Shown here: piece after piece, positions 35,019 to 50,000 of the stretch
Position numbering within the stretch: position 1 is the stretch's first letter
How the letters are laid out: each line of letters begins with the position of its first letter
Source: Phoronis australis
Lineage: Eukaryota; Animalia; Phoronida
Direction: 5' to 3'
DNA length: 64,000 bases
Assembly (NCBI GenBank): GCA_002633005.1
Contig: NMRA01000925.1
Location: 1 to 64,000, forward strand
Notes under the pieces: generated by a model
Database searches by the model: none
The model's input: the letters and a program-made list of their open reading frames with translations, nothing else
What the model was told of the DNA's origin: nothing
Position numbers and translations under genes: made by a program

Positions 35019-38000
35019 GTAAGGACTTGGTGTCTGTCATGAAGGTTACCATCAATGTTTGGGTTTTTCTTCTTTACTACTAAATTTGGGAAATCAAGAG
35101 CCTGTTTGCATACTTTCATAGATTATTCAATTTGCCTTGCTAGTCTAGAATCAAAATTTCCTGCTTGATTTGTCTAACAAAGAATTTTGAATCTCGTCCA
35201 GAGATGCTGAGTTGTTCTTTGATTTTGAATAATGAGCAGTGAGAATAGATGTAGTGACATGTGACATCAGCTTCAAAAATACTGGAATGTCGTGATTCAG
35301 CCAACGTGCGAGAGTTACTCAAATCAAATGACTTGGCAGCAATATTAAACTCGATTCTGCTGCTGCCACTATTTTGTTTTGGACTCTTCCGGTCTGTTTG
35401 ACTTGACACTCTCCTGTGCTTTTATGTATCAAACCTTGGAAGAAACTATTACTAATCTTAACTTCATAGAGAGAAATTATAATACTTTACTGGACGTTGT
35501 TGAAAATTTGAGGCAATGTTTTGTTTGTCACAGACGTCATTTTCAAGCTTCTGCAATGTATTAACTCTTGTTGGAATGTGTCGATCTTGAGGCAAACAGC
35601 GAGAAACACAATAGAAAAAACAGCCAGTGTGGTCTGTGCAATAAAGTGTAGTGAGTGTTTAGAAACCTGCGCTGGCAGAACAGTCTGCCAATCCACGGTT
35701 ATCTCAACAACGATGACCCAACTACAGAAATATCTATGACTCGGCTGTGTTCTACTGTGAGGAATTGCGCTGTACATTTTAATCTGGGTGACACGCTTAT
35801 TTTAGACAAACAAAATTATTTGGAGGTGATGTGAAGGAAGCTTGAAAAAGTTGGCTGTGGCTGACAAAACGTTGATGTAAATTCTCAAATAAGACCTCCA
35901 GTAAATATTTATAACTTTTCTGAATCATTTTTCGTCAATGGTTGAGTGATAACCTTCATTGATATCAACTATTTGAAACTTGTTTGTTTACAAACGTTTC
36001 TTTACAAAAATGAAATCTTTTCTTTTGAAACTTGGGTTGTGTTGTCCACATGTAGAAAGTATATGCTAATCTAGACAAGTGAGCGATATTAAGAATCTGC
36101 TTGTAAAAAATGTGTCCATCCCCAAATTACATTGTTACAGGGTATGACATAGAATGGAGAATGTCTTCTGCTATTTTATTTGCCGTGGTAGAGTGGAATG
36201 TGTCCGTGGCACATAGCTGCATTTTTGGGAAACTGGTGATATGGCAAATTGTAGAACTGACGGTATGGCCAAAAAAAACAAACTTTGTTCTGGTTTTTAC
36301 CCCGACTTATTTTGAGACCTGTGCTCACTGACTAAAAAAACAAAGAACTCCAGCCCGCATCAATTTCAGTTGAGGTCTCGTGTTTTTTTTCAAGCTGAAC
36401 AAAGAAATGGAAGCAAGGTTTGAAATACCATTAGTTTGCCAAGAAATTATTAAAGAAAACAAATCTTGCATAATTTTTGCTTTTTTGCTCGTCTCAAGTG
36501 GATTTTCATGTTTGAAAAAGTGAGTGCCTAGAAAAATACTTCACCACTGACTCGATTTCCAAAGGAAACAAAGACTTACCTTCTATGCTCTTTTAGATCG
36601 ATGTGTAACATTTTCTTGTTTTGTTATAGATACACAGTTTCAAGAATCACAGTGTGCTGATAACAGCCAGCGGTGGAGTTGCCGCTGCCAGCGGATTTTA
36701 CTATTACTTGAAGAACTACTGCTATTGTCACGTGTCCTGGACTGGGGACCAATTAGATGTCCCGAAGCTGCTGCCGTTTATTCAACAACCAATCAGAATC
36801 TGGGCCAATCCAAAGTTTGTAGCACCCAAGCATTTTCAATTAGCTCTGTTCATNAGACTTGGCAAGTTCCGATACTATGAGAATGTATGCACACCCAGCT
36901 ACTCATTTGTGTGGTGGAATTGGACACGCTGGGAGAGGGAGATTGATTGGATGGCCATGAATGGTATCAACCTTCCTCTGGCCGTGATTGGACAAGAGGC
37001 CATATGGAGGCGGACTTACATCAAACTGGGACTAACTGAAGCAGAGGTGGATGCCTACTATTCTGGTCCTGCTTATCTGGCTTGGTTGGTCGCGTTCATA
37101 TTTTATGTTGTCTAGTGAACACAGCGGCCATATTGAAGAAATTATCTCTGAAAATAATGGTATTGAGATTGGTGCAGTTGATTAAACAAATTGAGAAATA
37201 AATAAAGGTACTTTGGTGAGAAGCTGAATAAATATATTAATAAATTCAACATTGGCAGAAGCCTCCTTTTTAACATGGCCTGTTTACGGACTTGATGAGA
37301 ATCTTTTTTCTTTGCAAATTCATGAAGTCGGAGTATTTCCTGCTGGGAAATGTCTAAGTGGTCACGGTTGATAGACCTGGAACTGTTGCAATCTCGATAC
37401 TGTCTCATTCTTCTGTTATTCTTAAGACGATGTTCCCCATTAAACAAAATTGAACACTTGGTACAATTTTGACTGGTCTCACTGTGTTTTTGTTTGGTTT
37501 ATTTCTAGGCAAACCATGGGTAACATCCATGGTTTGAATGGTCCTTTGACCAAGTCCTGGTTAATTGAACACGTGGACCTCCAACACAAAATTCTGGACA
37601 GAATGCGACAGTTTGGGATGAAGCCAGTTTTACCTGCGTTTAGTGGCCACGTACCTGGGGCCCTTCACAGGTAACATCTTTGTGTTATAGTGATTTGTGG
37701 GTAGGGGGTCCAAAGTAAAAGTTCTGATTGGTGAAGAATGTGTTCTATAAATGTAGATGCAATGCATTCACTTTCTAAAGATTTATTGAAGGTTGACAAG
37801 TACTGTGTAGTTCTTTTTAGCGTTAAACTTTCAAATAAATTGTTTGGCGTGCTAATTACTTGTTGCAAGTGCATTAACTGTAAATTGATTATGAGCATAT
37901 ATTACAAAGGCGCTCGCATTACCTCAATAAGTGCCTGCTGCAAATGAACTACCGTATTATTGCCCCTTAAAGCTCATGTGCCTATATCCGAAATAATGCC

Positions 38001-41000
38001 TTTTTTCATAGCCTTTTTTACCCAATTGGTTCGCATATTGGCACATGCGCCTGGGGTTCGCATACAAGCGCAGTTCTGCACAGACGCCTAGGTGCCTAAT
38101 GGCATGGCAATACAGTAGTTACTGATCGATATCTTCCCAAAATTACTTGATGGCAGCTGAATAAAACAGGATGTGACACCAACTGATAACACTCACGTTT
38201 ACCTCCTAGGTACACCCAGCTTGTACTTTGACATCATGGAATTATGAAATAATCGTATTCGTTTGGTTTAGGTAGCACGATGAATTCACAATAAATGTTA
38301 ACCCCCTCGCAGTGTTTGAGAGATGGGAACCTATGAGTGATGTGAAAAAGTTTGTTGTCTTTGAAAAGATTTTGGTTATTGATGCCATTGACTTCAAATA
38401 ATTAATTCGTCTGGTAGAGAGGCTGGCTGAATAACGGTCTTTTTGATGCAGATGAAAATTCAATGTAGCTGTGAACAATTTGGCTCTTCAGCAGCCATTC
38501 TCAAACTAATTTTCCATTGGATTGGGGTGTTTGATGTCATAATGTGGGTCGGTGAGTGTAACTCGTTGATGAGGTCTCTGTGTACCGCTTTTGCTTGGGG
38601 TATGTCCAGTTTGTGACCTCATGACCTCATGAGTACAAATGTGGACAAGTGCAGCATTTAACGAAAATAATGGATATGTTCTGGAAAGATCTGAATTTCA
38701 ATTGTTAGTAAGGGTATGCCATGAGATTTTTCTTTAAAAATTGGCTGTTTCGTCTTTGCAGAGTGTATCCCTACGCATCCATTTCACGTCTAGGAGAATG
38801 GTCTCACTTCAACTGCACTTATGCATGGTATGTATCGAGTCAATAAGTGAAATTTCATTGACAAAAATGCATGTTGTATTATGTCTTCTTGACTGCCAGG
38901 TAGACATACCGTTTGAACTCCTTGGAGCTTGATTTTCATGCTCCATATTTAGCACCTTGTGAAAGACGTAACATTTCAAAAGTAGTCCACAAAATCGCCA
39001 GTCTCTTTATTATTATGAAATTTTTGCTTTTAAGCACCCTAAACTTCCCTTTTGCACTAAAACCGCCCAAGTGCAAGGATTTGAAGCTGAAAACAAAATT
39101 TTGCTAAGATCATCAAGCTTCCGATTAAAAGTTGTCAAAATTTTCTTAAGTGTTTTAATTGAATTTTGGAAGCGAAACTGAAGTTAGTTACCAGTCGACA
39201 CTTTCCTTAGGAAGCTTGTTCCTGAAAATGATACATTTTTGATAATTTTTTTGTTTTGTTGTTGGATGATGCCTTGGCATTTTGATTGAAGTGCAACAGG
39301 ATGTGACTAGAAAATGTGCTGGTAGATGCTGCTGTGCAGTACAGTAAAGTACAGTACAGTACAGTAAAGTACAGTAATGTACAGTAGAGTACTTTGCAGT
39401 ACAGTAGAGTACAGTACTGTGCAGTTCAGTACAGTGCAGTAGAGTACAGTGCAGTACAGTACAGTACAATACAAATTCAGACATACACCATTTCCCATCA
39501 TGATGGCTAATTTGGTTGTCACCAAAAACGACTGTTAATAATTATTATGCTGGAAAGTTATAACTGCGGGCTGGCATAGCTACCTTTCTAACTTTCCTAT
39601 TAAGTCCCCTTCATTCTAGGTCACGAGGTAAAATCATTCTGCCCAGCCATCATGATGTGGAATTCTGGGTAATTTTGTCTGAATGCCTTTGGCATGTACT
39701 TTATGTGAACGCTGAAGTCTATTTTGCCTTTACGTGAAGTTACATCTGTACGTAAATTTTAGATCATGAGAAACACTCGAGTAAAAATTAAAAATGATGG
39801 TTTTAGTAGAACATGCTAGACTAAGTGTACTTTGACTTATCAAGCGATACATTTTGACGTGTTTTCTAGTTATGTGAATAATGGAAAATACTGAGAATGG
39901 TCAAAAGGCACAAAATGTATTGTTGAGGATGTTGTTGCATAACCCTGTATACATGCATATGTGGTAATGCGATAAAAATGAAGAAGGAAACACTACAACT
40001 ATCCCTGAATTCTATTTCGCAGCACATCCTTCCTGGATCCGACAGATCCATTGTTCAAAACCATTGGGAAAATGTTTCTAACTGAGGTGAGTTGACACAT
40101 CTGTAGGTATTGTGACTTGGCAACCTCGTTGTACAGGTATGCACATTTTGAGTTAGGTGTAAGAGTGCCACTCGTGTTGTATTTTTACTCTGCATTTCAT
40201 TAAGTGTTCACCTGTGTGTGAACGGTTGTGTCTAGTACATCTCAGGGTGTCAAAGAGCCAAACTGTGCTGACTGTCAGTTTCAGGTCAATCTCTTGTTTT
40301 TATTTAATAATATATTCCAACTCGACATATTTTAAGCTTAGAGATGTTTATTTTGTGTTCATCTCAGTATTGTTACATGTACTTCTGTCATTCAACGACA
40401 CGATTTCTCAATTTGCTAAGTTTTTAATTAGCATATTCGTTGTTTTTGTGTTGCGTTAGTGCAATAAATGATTTGTCTGTCTACTGTTTTTGTTCCGTCT
40501 TATAGCTGGTCTCAGAATTTGGCTCAAGCCCGTTCTTCTCAGCTGACTCATTCAATGAAATGACTCCAAAGTCAAGGTAAGTGTGTTCAACATTAATAAA
40601 GTGAGTTGGTATCAGAATACTTGTTGGTTGGCTGAGTGTACATTAAAATTTTCTCAAAAATGTAGTGCAGGTGGTCTGATACGCGTTGCCTCAGACGTGT
40701 GCAAGTCGCTCAGCCGGGCTCATTGCATCAGACACTTAAAATCTTTTTGATTATTGATATACACGTATAGTCAATTTAATATCAACCTGAGGAGCCAGAG
40801 ACCTGACTCAAGGGTCCACCAGTGGGGCCCAGTGACATTCGAACTCATGACTTTGTTATCTGGCACATTGTTTTATGACAAAATCTGGTGTTCTAAAGGA
40901 TTACATAGTTGGCCAAGCAGCCCAAGCTGCAGGATTGAATTCAGTGGGCTGTTGTGTTTGCATTAGTACATTCCAATGGTCAATTTTTACCTGTACTGGG

Positions 41001-44000
41001 TTCCTAATGATAATCACATTTTGGGGTCTTGAAAACAACATATTGACCTCTGTGAAAATCAATGATTGTACATTATTTACCATTTATATCATATCATATC
41101 ATACCATTTGTTTGAATTCATCGAAATGGTTGATATGAATTTAGATAAAAATTTTTTTAAATAGTAGTTAATAATTGACAAAAATTGCCTGTGAATGAGA
41201 CATACGTTGGAGCACATCTCACTGTCACAACTGAGAGTATCTTCACACTGTGTCTGTCCTTTCCAGTGAAGCCAATTACTTGGCAGAGTGTGGTCGCGCT
41301 GTCTATGAGTCCATGGCGGCCATCGTGCCTGAGGCAGTGTGGGTAATGCAGGCCTGGCTCTTCTTCAACTCCCGTGATTTCTGGAAACCGACTCAAGTGA
41401 AAGCTTACGTGACTTCAGTGCCTTTGGTAGGTTGACACGGAGCTGGCATTTTCAATTGTGTACGTCATTTTACACTTCATGAAAAACCAAAGTCAAAACA
41501 GATTACTATACATTTGACTGAACTACGGTAAGATCTTACCACTTATGGACACATGAAATTTTATTTTCTCACTTTTTTTCATAACCGATATGTAGCGCCA
41601 AAATTTTAATCTAACATTAAAACGCTTTACTATGTTCCAAGGTCTGTGCCTTAGCTACCACCAGGAAATATTTTGAAAAGTTGTTGGCATTCACGACGTC
41701 GAGAAATAAAATAGGGCAGTTTTTGTAGTTGTTTTTGTCCGAAATTGTTGAGATTTTGCTGCAGTCACTCAATTTTAACACCGACCACACTTCTGTAATT
41801 AAAAGTGTCTTACTCCTCATCAGTGTCATGCCGTTAGGATGACCGTACATAGTGATCGTACTTTGTTCTGTTCATAAAGGACATCGAGAGAATCTACTAA
41901 TGAAAAAATGCATCAGAATTTTTCAAACTTTCGTCTTGCAGACTAATATAAAATAACATTGTGGTTCGTGGGGAATGAAATGGATTTATGAGAAAAAAGA
42001 ATTGCAGTGGGTGAGAAAGAACAAGTAGCTTTTAAGGAAAATTTTTTGTAATCACGAGAAAAGAATGCTGTTGGTGACAATACCTGTGGAGTGAAAACAT
42101 AAACATCTCTCGTTTATTGAGTATTCCATACGAGGGTGGTTTTCATAATGCAGATATCAATCTGGTCTGTTCTTAAGAGTCCCTAGTAGTCTCGCCTCCA
42201 GCATAACACAGACACTGATACATAGGCCACTTATCTATCATGCTTTAAGGAAATACTTTTGAAGTCATTGCTGGTGCGGTAATTGCTTTGCTCAACACAA
42301 AAGGAAGTGGATCAGTGCTTCTAATCTTGTGGGCTGATATCACTAACGGTTCTTGTACGTATCTAATTGACAAAGACATTATATCTTGGAACGGGTCTCG
42401 TTTCTAATAGACTGGTTACTTGAGATGGTTGGTACATATGTAGATATTATTGTTATACTGATATTTTGTTGCTCTTGATATCGCTAGATAGCACTAGTGC
42501 ATTCTTTTGCTTGTAGGGTAAGCTGGTTCTGCTGGACCTGTATGCTGAAATGAGCGCCCAGTACCAGCGGTTTGACTCGTTCTATGGAGTCCCCTTCATC
42601 TGGTGTATGTTGAACAACTTTGGGGGCACAGTAGGAATGCATGGTGCGCTACAGATCATTAACAAGGTGAGCCTTTTTGAACTTGTGTGGTGCTGAGCCA
42701 TAATTGTGAGATCAGAAAATTGTATGACCAGCATGTGAATGTAGATTTAAACCAACCTGCAGATATGATTCGTAGCTGTTTAATAATCTGCATAATGTAT
42801 GCCACATCGTGTGACCTAAATTTTGCTACTTCAAGTTTGATAAGATTTCCATCCTGACGAAGGTGTAAACCCAGGACCACTGTGTAAATCTATGACACCT
42901 AAGACCACTGAACCATAAAGATCTTTGATTGGCTATAGAAATGTGATCAGACTTAATTCAAACCATCCATCTCTTGTCAATAGTGTAATGAATGTGCAAT
43001 GATAACCTTGTGTTATTATTTCATGGATATTAACGATTCACAAAATCATATTTTTGGCAGCAAATTCTCTGTAGTGAACCAAGTTACCTGTTAGCTGTCC
43101 AAATTTCTGACTTAAGCCTTTAGTCACTGTTCTTGCAACAGGCCCCTGCGCTGGCAAACTTTAAACCTTTTGATGCTTCGTATTGCTGGTCACAGAGGGC
43201 TGCACTTTATCAGTCTGTGGTCGCTTTCCAGATGGAAAACTCTGATCTTGATATAATTTAGCATTCTGAGTCTGGTAAATTAATGAACAGTTATTAACCG
43301 CTTTGCATCCTTTGTATTTTAGGGACCTTTTGAAGCCGTTGGCAGTAACTCATCTATAATGGGTATAGGGTTAACACCAGAGGGCATTGGCAGCAATAAT
43401 GTGATTTACGAGTTCATGATGGAAAATGCATGGCGAACGCAACCTAGGAACACTACAGCATGGTAGGCTCTGATGTTCGTACTTTATGTTTTGACTTTTA
43501 TTCACATGGTTGTCATTCCTGGATACACTGACGATTAGTGACAGCATACTTGTAATACAGTGGGGAATTCAATTTCCCAAAACAAGAAATTACAGTAAGA
43601 ATTCTTCAGTTTGGGGATCAATATGGTGGACAAGTGAAATGTCATTTTGCCAAATTTCTCAGAGATATGTTGTCAGGAAATTTTACTTTTCTTGTATGTT
43701 ATAGCTCTTACCGAACAATTTTGGGGGAAACTTTTACTTTTTGCAGTGATGTAAAAAGCCTCTGAAACTGGAGAAAGGGTAATTATAGAAGTCATTTTTC
43801 TCCCAAGTTGAAGATTTTTTCAGTATGTTTTATTTAGTTTATTAGCCTGGCTGAGACGTAAGCGTGACTCACACTGATTTTGTTGTGAACAACTCACATG
43901 TGATTGGCGGCACTGCTTTGTATATCACAAAGTAACATGCTCATAATACGACGGTGGTTAATCAAAATGTTAGGAAGAGAATGACAATTGAACAACTTAT

Positions 44001-47000
44001 CGATTGCTAGATGCATGATCACTGAGTGTGTTTACGGCTGCCGAAAATGATTTCATTGTAGGAAATGTTGTCTTCCAATATTTCTTATAGACGCCTGTCA
44101 ACTTTCTAGTCAATAAAATCTGACTTTCAACAAATTGTCTCTGCTGTAACAAAAAATCCTTCAGTAATGCAGGGCTTGGAATTTTCCGCGGAAACGCGAA
44201 TTTCCGCTTTTTTCAAATTTTCTGTCCGCGTATTTTATTATATTTCCGCGTTTCCGCGTAAAAAAATCGGATTTGACATAAAGTTTCCGTGGCAAATTTC
44301 TTTCTTACCGCCGTGTTGCCGACAACTTTCACCTTGAAAAGCGGAAGTTGGTCTTTATGTTTCGGAGGAACGTAAATTGTCAACATTGCCGGGGCATCTG
44401 GGATAGCGTGGTGGATTTCCTCAATGGCGGCTCGTGTGATTGTAAACCGCGGCGACAAATACTACGACTCTGCAGCCAAAAATGTTTGGAGGCGGGAGTG
44501 GCGAACGAGCTAAGACAGACGCACGCTGCCGGAGGTGGTACCGTTTTAGTCTCGATTTTTGTCGGATCCACACCGACTTTTTCAAGGCTGCCTGCGCGCA
44601 TGTTTCGGGCCGTAAAAATTTCCGCTTTTTTCGCCATTTGCCATTCCAAGCCCTGGTAATGACAGCCTTCACTTTTCTGCAAAAATGGAACACTACATTT
44701 TGTGCACACATAAGCAGAACTTGCATTACGGTAACTCTACATTTATTTTGCGCAAAAAATTTTGCCAAAATTGTCACTTTTCCATTTTTAAACAGCAATT
44801 GATTTTTGCAAATAACGGAAAATTAAACAAAAATTGTTTTATGACATCAAAACAGTAAACCATGTTAGTAATAGTGTCTTAATCTTTATTTTTGTTGAGA
44901 AATTCGACAAAATATACTTTCAATTATCAGCCAAATTGTGCGCTAAATAAATGAAGAATTAGAGTAACTGTATTTTGTGCTGATTTCACAACACGAAAAT
45001 ACAAGTTGTGAAAAGTCAGAAACTTGAACTTTAAATGGACTTCTTTAGCCCCCTTCTCTATTGTAGGCTTGTGAACTATGCCAAGAGAAGATACAGTGTT
45101 GACAATGGTAATGTATCCAAGGCATGGACACTGCTCCAGGTTAGTGACGGCTTACTAGTAGCAGATACTGAAATTCTCCACTTAATCTGCACACAAATAT
45201 TTGCAAAAATTGTGTGATTTTCCAGTTTTTTAAAGAGTGTTTACCTTGCTGCAAGTAATGGAAACGTCTTGACAGTTCAAACCATGCTGACAGCAGACAG
45301 ATTAATGTTATTAATCTTCATTTTAATTTCTGGACAAATTTGTCTTGAATGGATTTTCACCCATCTGCCATGTTGTGGGCTAAATTGGTGAAGAATTCCT
45401 CTACTATATTTCTTGGTCATCAGACTTGAAACATTATACAGTACACCCATGAACATGGCAATGAAAGAAAGCGAAAATTAGGCACCCATATCTTGAGCTT
45501 CTAGCTGCTTTCATTATCTATGCTGGGGCGGATCCAGGATTTTGAATCAGGGGGGCAGGGCAGAATTTTAGCCAGGATTTTGCCCGTCAGACATTCGCAC
45601 CCACGAACTGCCAAATGGAATTTTGGAGAAGTTTAGGGGGGTTATGGCCCCCTTGGCCCCCCTCTAAATCTGCCACTGCTATGTTTACTAGGCAAAGTTA
45701 AAAATACATTATATAACTGCTTGGGCAACAATTTCATGGTTTACACTCCTCAGGATGTTATACCAATGCTAAAGTCTGGAAGCAACAGAAAATTAAAAGT
45801 GAAACTCGGTGATTTATTGAAATGTAGATGATGGGTGTAATTTTAGAAATTAAATTATTACCATGAAATTTATCTACCTTTTGAGCACAAAACATGGTGG
45901 ACAAGTGAAATTTTATTTTGTCAAAATTCTCAGCAAAATTAATGATTATGATTAATATGGTTTATCGTTAGCTTGGTTGGTAGTATGTGAAATGTTAATG
46001 AATCAACATTTGGTTAAGTAAGAATAACACGCCATCTATTGGTCACATTGAATAACAATAAATTTCAACTGAGCGGTAATTTGATAACAGTGTCAAAATA
46101 TTCAATTATGAAAATCATCTGGAAAGCGCAGTGTATTTTTTCGCCTGCTTTATAGGCTTTATTTTCCAGTCTGGTCCCTACCTGGGTATTTAAATCAGTT
46201 TCTTTCGAGCTCTAGCCAGACACCGTGATCACTGAACTATTCAAATCATGCGGTTAATTGGGGATACATTTCATTTATTAAAACTGGCATAGATGCCGAG
46301 TCCAGTATTGTATTAATATGTAATAGGTAAAAAAATGTGTTTGTAGTGCTTTCCGGGTGGAGTTTTCGTCACTGTGCAAGTTTGTTAGTTACTGCCATTG
46401 TCATTTCAGAGAAGTGTTTACAATGAAACAGTACAAGACCACGGCAAGTACTACCTGGTTACAAGACCCACCTTAACCAAAGCTCTGGCTACCCGCCATG
46501 GTTTCAATAAACTCCATTACGCACACAACCCTCATGTAAGTGGTTTATAACTTTTTGCATACTTTCTTGTGCTGTAGTGTGTATGTCTTCCAGAATGTGT
46601 TGTGATGGTCATAGTCAGTCATATTTTGATGACTGTAAAGCAGCCTTAGCACAGGGCTGCGGCAAAAGCAAGTTTCTAAAATGTGAGAACTTCACAAGGT
46701 TATGTCATGTGAACTGCTGTATTTTTGGTTACGAAAAACCTGTCTCAAACCATAACCAGGTATCCCCACTTAGCTAACAGTTGCATTGTTCATTTATTTA
46801 GGAACAAGATAACCGGATAATTTCACATTGAGGTGATCAAAAAAGGAATGAGTTTTTTAAACCAAATTAAATGAACTGGAAGGAATAGTAATTGTCTTTG
46901 TACTTCCTTGACGTTTTTGAGGTTGGAGTAGCATTGACCGATAAGTTTTCGTTCTCCAAAACTGAGTTGTTTGTTTGCCATCCAGGTGCATACAGAGCAC

Positions 47001-50000
47001 GTGACTGCTCACGCCCCTACCTTCACAGCAAGGTGTAACCATGCAGTTGGCCGAGGTGCAAAGTCTGATCCACGGGAACTGAATTTGAACTCCTACCATT
47101 GTAGTGAAGCGTGTCGAGTATATTTTTGGGGAACCCTCTATGAGTGTGTCTGTAGGCAAAGAAGGCGTGCCAAGCATTTCACATTTATTTTATATTTGTT
47201 TTGAAAAACAATACGTTTTGTTTACCCTCAGATTTGGTATGACCCAGAGGACGTATACAAAGCCTGGGACTATTTCATAAGAGCTGCATCTTCTGAGAAT
47301 TCATTGACTGCAAGCTCGCTGTTCCAGTGAGTAATGATTCGTCATGCAACAATAGGTGGCACTGCTTCTAACATGTGATGTAGCCACAAGATGGTATCAG
47401 TATTATGCCCAGAGACCCTGGTTTTCCACAATAAGAGGAATCAGGGTCTGTTTCATGAAAGTGAATTAAGACTTGAGACAAAAATTTGTTCTTAAGCTTC
47501 CGCATCACAGTTACAAATTAAAGGTTTAGTCACGTTATGTTTAGTAAAACACAGACTAGAAATAATTGATGCAAATTATGTCTCACTGCTAGAAACAATG
47601 GGTATATTCTAAGAGACTGTTCATGTATTTTGACTTTTGAGGCTCACTTTTTCTTCATCTTTTCATTTTGTAAGAGGGTTGCTTTGTCGTACATGCACCG
47701 AAAGCACGTGCCAGTGGACCCCTGTTTTCAACTTTCAACTTAGGTGCACTCAAGTGTCTAATGTTGTTTTCTGTGACACTGTTTACATGTCACCAAGTTA
47801 TCTGTGATGTCACCGCATATTTACGAGCCAACAACTGTCCCACAATGCATTTGAAAAATAGCATCAGCACTACCAAGAGAGTGGGATTTGCAGTAGATGA
47901 AATGTTAGCTTTAAATTACTTAGTAAGTTACAAATTCCCATCATCTTTGGGAGACATTTTCTCGCGCCAGTTACTGTTCCCATGACGTGTATTAATTGTC
48001 GTGGCAACAACTGAATCCGTTGTAAATGGCCAAGGCTAACATCTTGTTTTAACGTTCACTTTCATTGAGCAAACACAAGTGACAGACACAAATTGTGTTT
48101 GATAGAGTTTGGCATTGTCTTTGTTCAGTGAATGAGAATGCTCTTCCAAGATGCAGTCCTATTTGCAGGCAGTTTGTGTCACTCTGTTGTTAATTGGAGA
48201 GTAAAAACATGGCAGGGGAACAGTAATTAGCATGGAAAAAACATTTTTCCAAGATAACCACTTATCCATATTTTGGTAAAGGTATTCTTAAAAGTACTAT
48301 TTTCATCTTTATGTCCTGTTTTGGTGCCTTGGTGGCTTTAAGGCCGCCACAGGAGAATACTTCTGTCATGGATTCTGTGCTTGTTGGTTATGCAGAATTT
48401 TATGGAAGGCTATGGTAACTCATTTCACTCTCAGTAGATCTTCTCTGTGTCTCTCTTGATCTTCCTTTTTTATCTGAGCTTCACACGAATTGTCTGTTCC
48501 GGTATTTAGATAATGGGTAGGCTTTAACTTGTTACATTATTTGTCCATCGGGTTAATGCCCTGTATTGGCGAAATGCCCAACTCATTACTGAACAGCTCA
48601 ACATTCTTCATCAAGGGAGTTGTTTGACTGTGCAATGGTGGATGTTATTTTAAAATCTAACACGGAGACCAGGGGCCCATCCAAGAAAACTGACTTATCT
48701 TAAATTTCAGTCAATTTTAAGATAAAACTTAAATTTGTCTTAAGTCCATTTCAAGAAAGAGATTTTAAGTTTGACTTTAGTTTTTACTTAAGTTTTGTCT
48801 TAATTTTGACTATTTTACAGGATGTGGAAGTTTCAAAGTTTTGGAAGTTGAGACAAATCATGGACATAAGTCAATAATGAACTTAAGCTAGATTCTTTGA
48901 ACGGGCCCCAGAATTATAAGTGGCAGAGAAGTAACCATACTGTAATGTATTATGGTATAATCCTTGTCTTACTTAACACACAGTATGGCAGAGAAGGGAA
49001 ATTTATTTTGTCATCATAAATAAAGATTATGAATATGTAAATCTTAAACCGGCGTGGAAGTATAGATCATAAAGTTAACATTTTTAAGTCTGGTCACTTT
49101 ATGTGGCCAAAAGGTGGCGTGCAGACCAGATTTAAAAATGGTTGCATTTTAATCTGTTGTTAGCTTAGTTTTACTCTGCAGATGTCATAAAACTTGATCA
49201 AAGTTTCCATTGTTTACAGGTAGATTAGCAAAAAATGACAATTTTGCGAATATTTTTCGAGCAAAAGAAATCAATAATTGCCGTATACTGTATTGTGGCA
49301 ACTGAAGTTTGAATACTCTTTGCTTTGATGTATACCTGTTTTGAAGCTGTGGGAATTCATGTCGACATAAGACGAGGAATACTATCAAATGTTAAATATT
49401 GCATAACGACCTTTCCCAATCACTCTAGAGACCCTATTCTTTAATTTGTCTGAATGCACATGTGGTATAAGATGCGTGAAATATGCGTGATTTACCGTTA
49501 ATTAATATTTAAAACTCTTGTCATTATGTGTGTTACAGGCATGATTTGATTGATGTTACCAGACAGTGTCTACAGTTGCTGGGTTACGATATGTACAAAG
49601 TCATTGTCAAGGCTTACAACACAAAGAATCTGAAAGCCCTTGCGTGAGTAAAAATGTAAAGCATTGAGAGAAGTTTGGCTTGTGACTATGGGCCCCGTTC
49701 CAAGAAACTTACATAAGTTCATTTTTTACTTAAGTCTAAGAATTTTCCAAATAGTTGATCATTAAGTTAAACATACTTTTGCAGCCATGGTTATCATTTC
49801 CCATGGAATGTAGGGTTCTCCCAAAATGAACAGTGTCGGGAACTGTCAGACTGTCAAAAAACGAGCCTTTGTGGGTGTTTGCAGTCAATTATCATGTCAT
49901 TCAGTTGGTTTAGATACTAGGCATTTTCATGTTGTTTTTAGGAATTTATTTGCGTCTTGGCAAACACTCATCACAGACTATTTTATGAGATGCGTTTTCC

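Noticed and set aside
35379-35777. Cys-containing intronic ORFs
   Set aside because: No coherent domain, stops in the most plausible frame, no splice support
39188-39525. YCTVL-repeat ORFs
   Set aside because: Translation of the (CAGTA)n microsatellite
44213-44802. Five overlapping 80-125 aa ORFs
   Set aside because: GC-rich MITE interior with few stops; no transposase motifs
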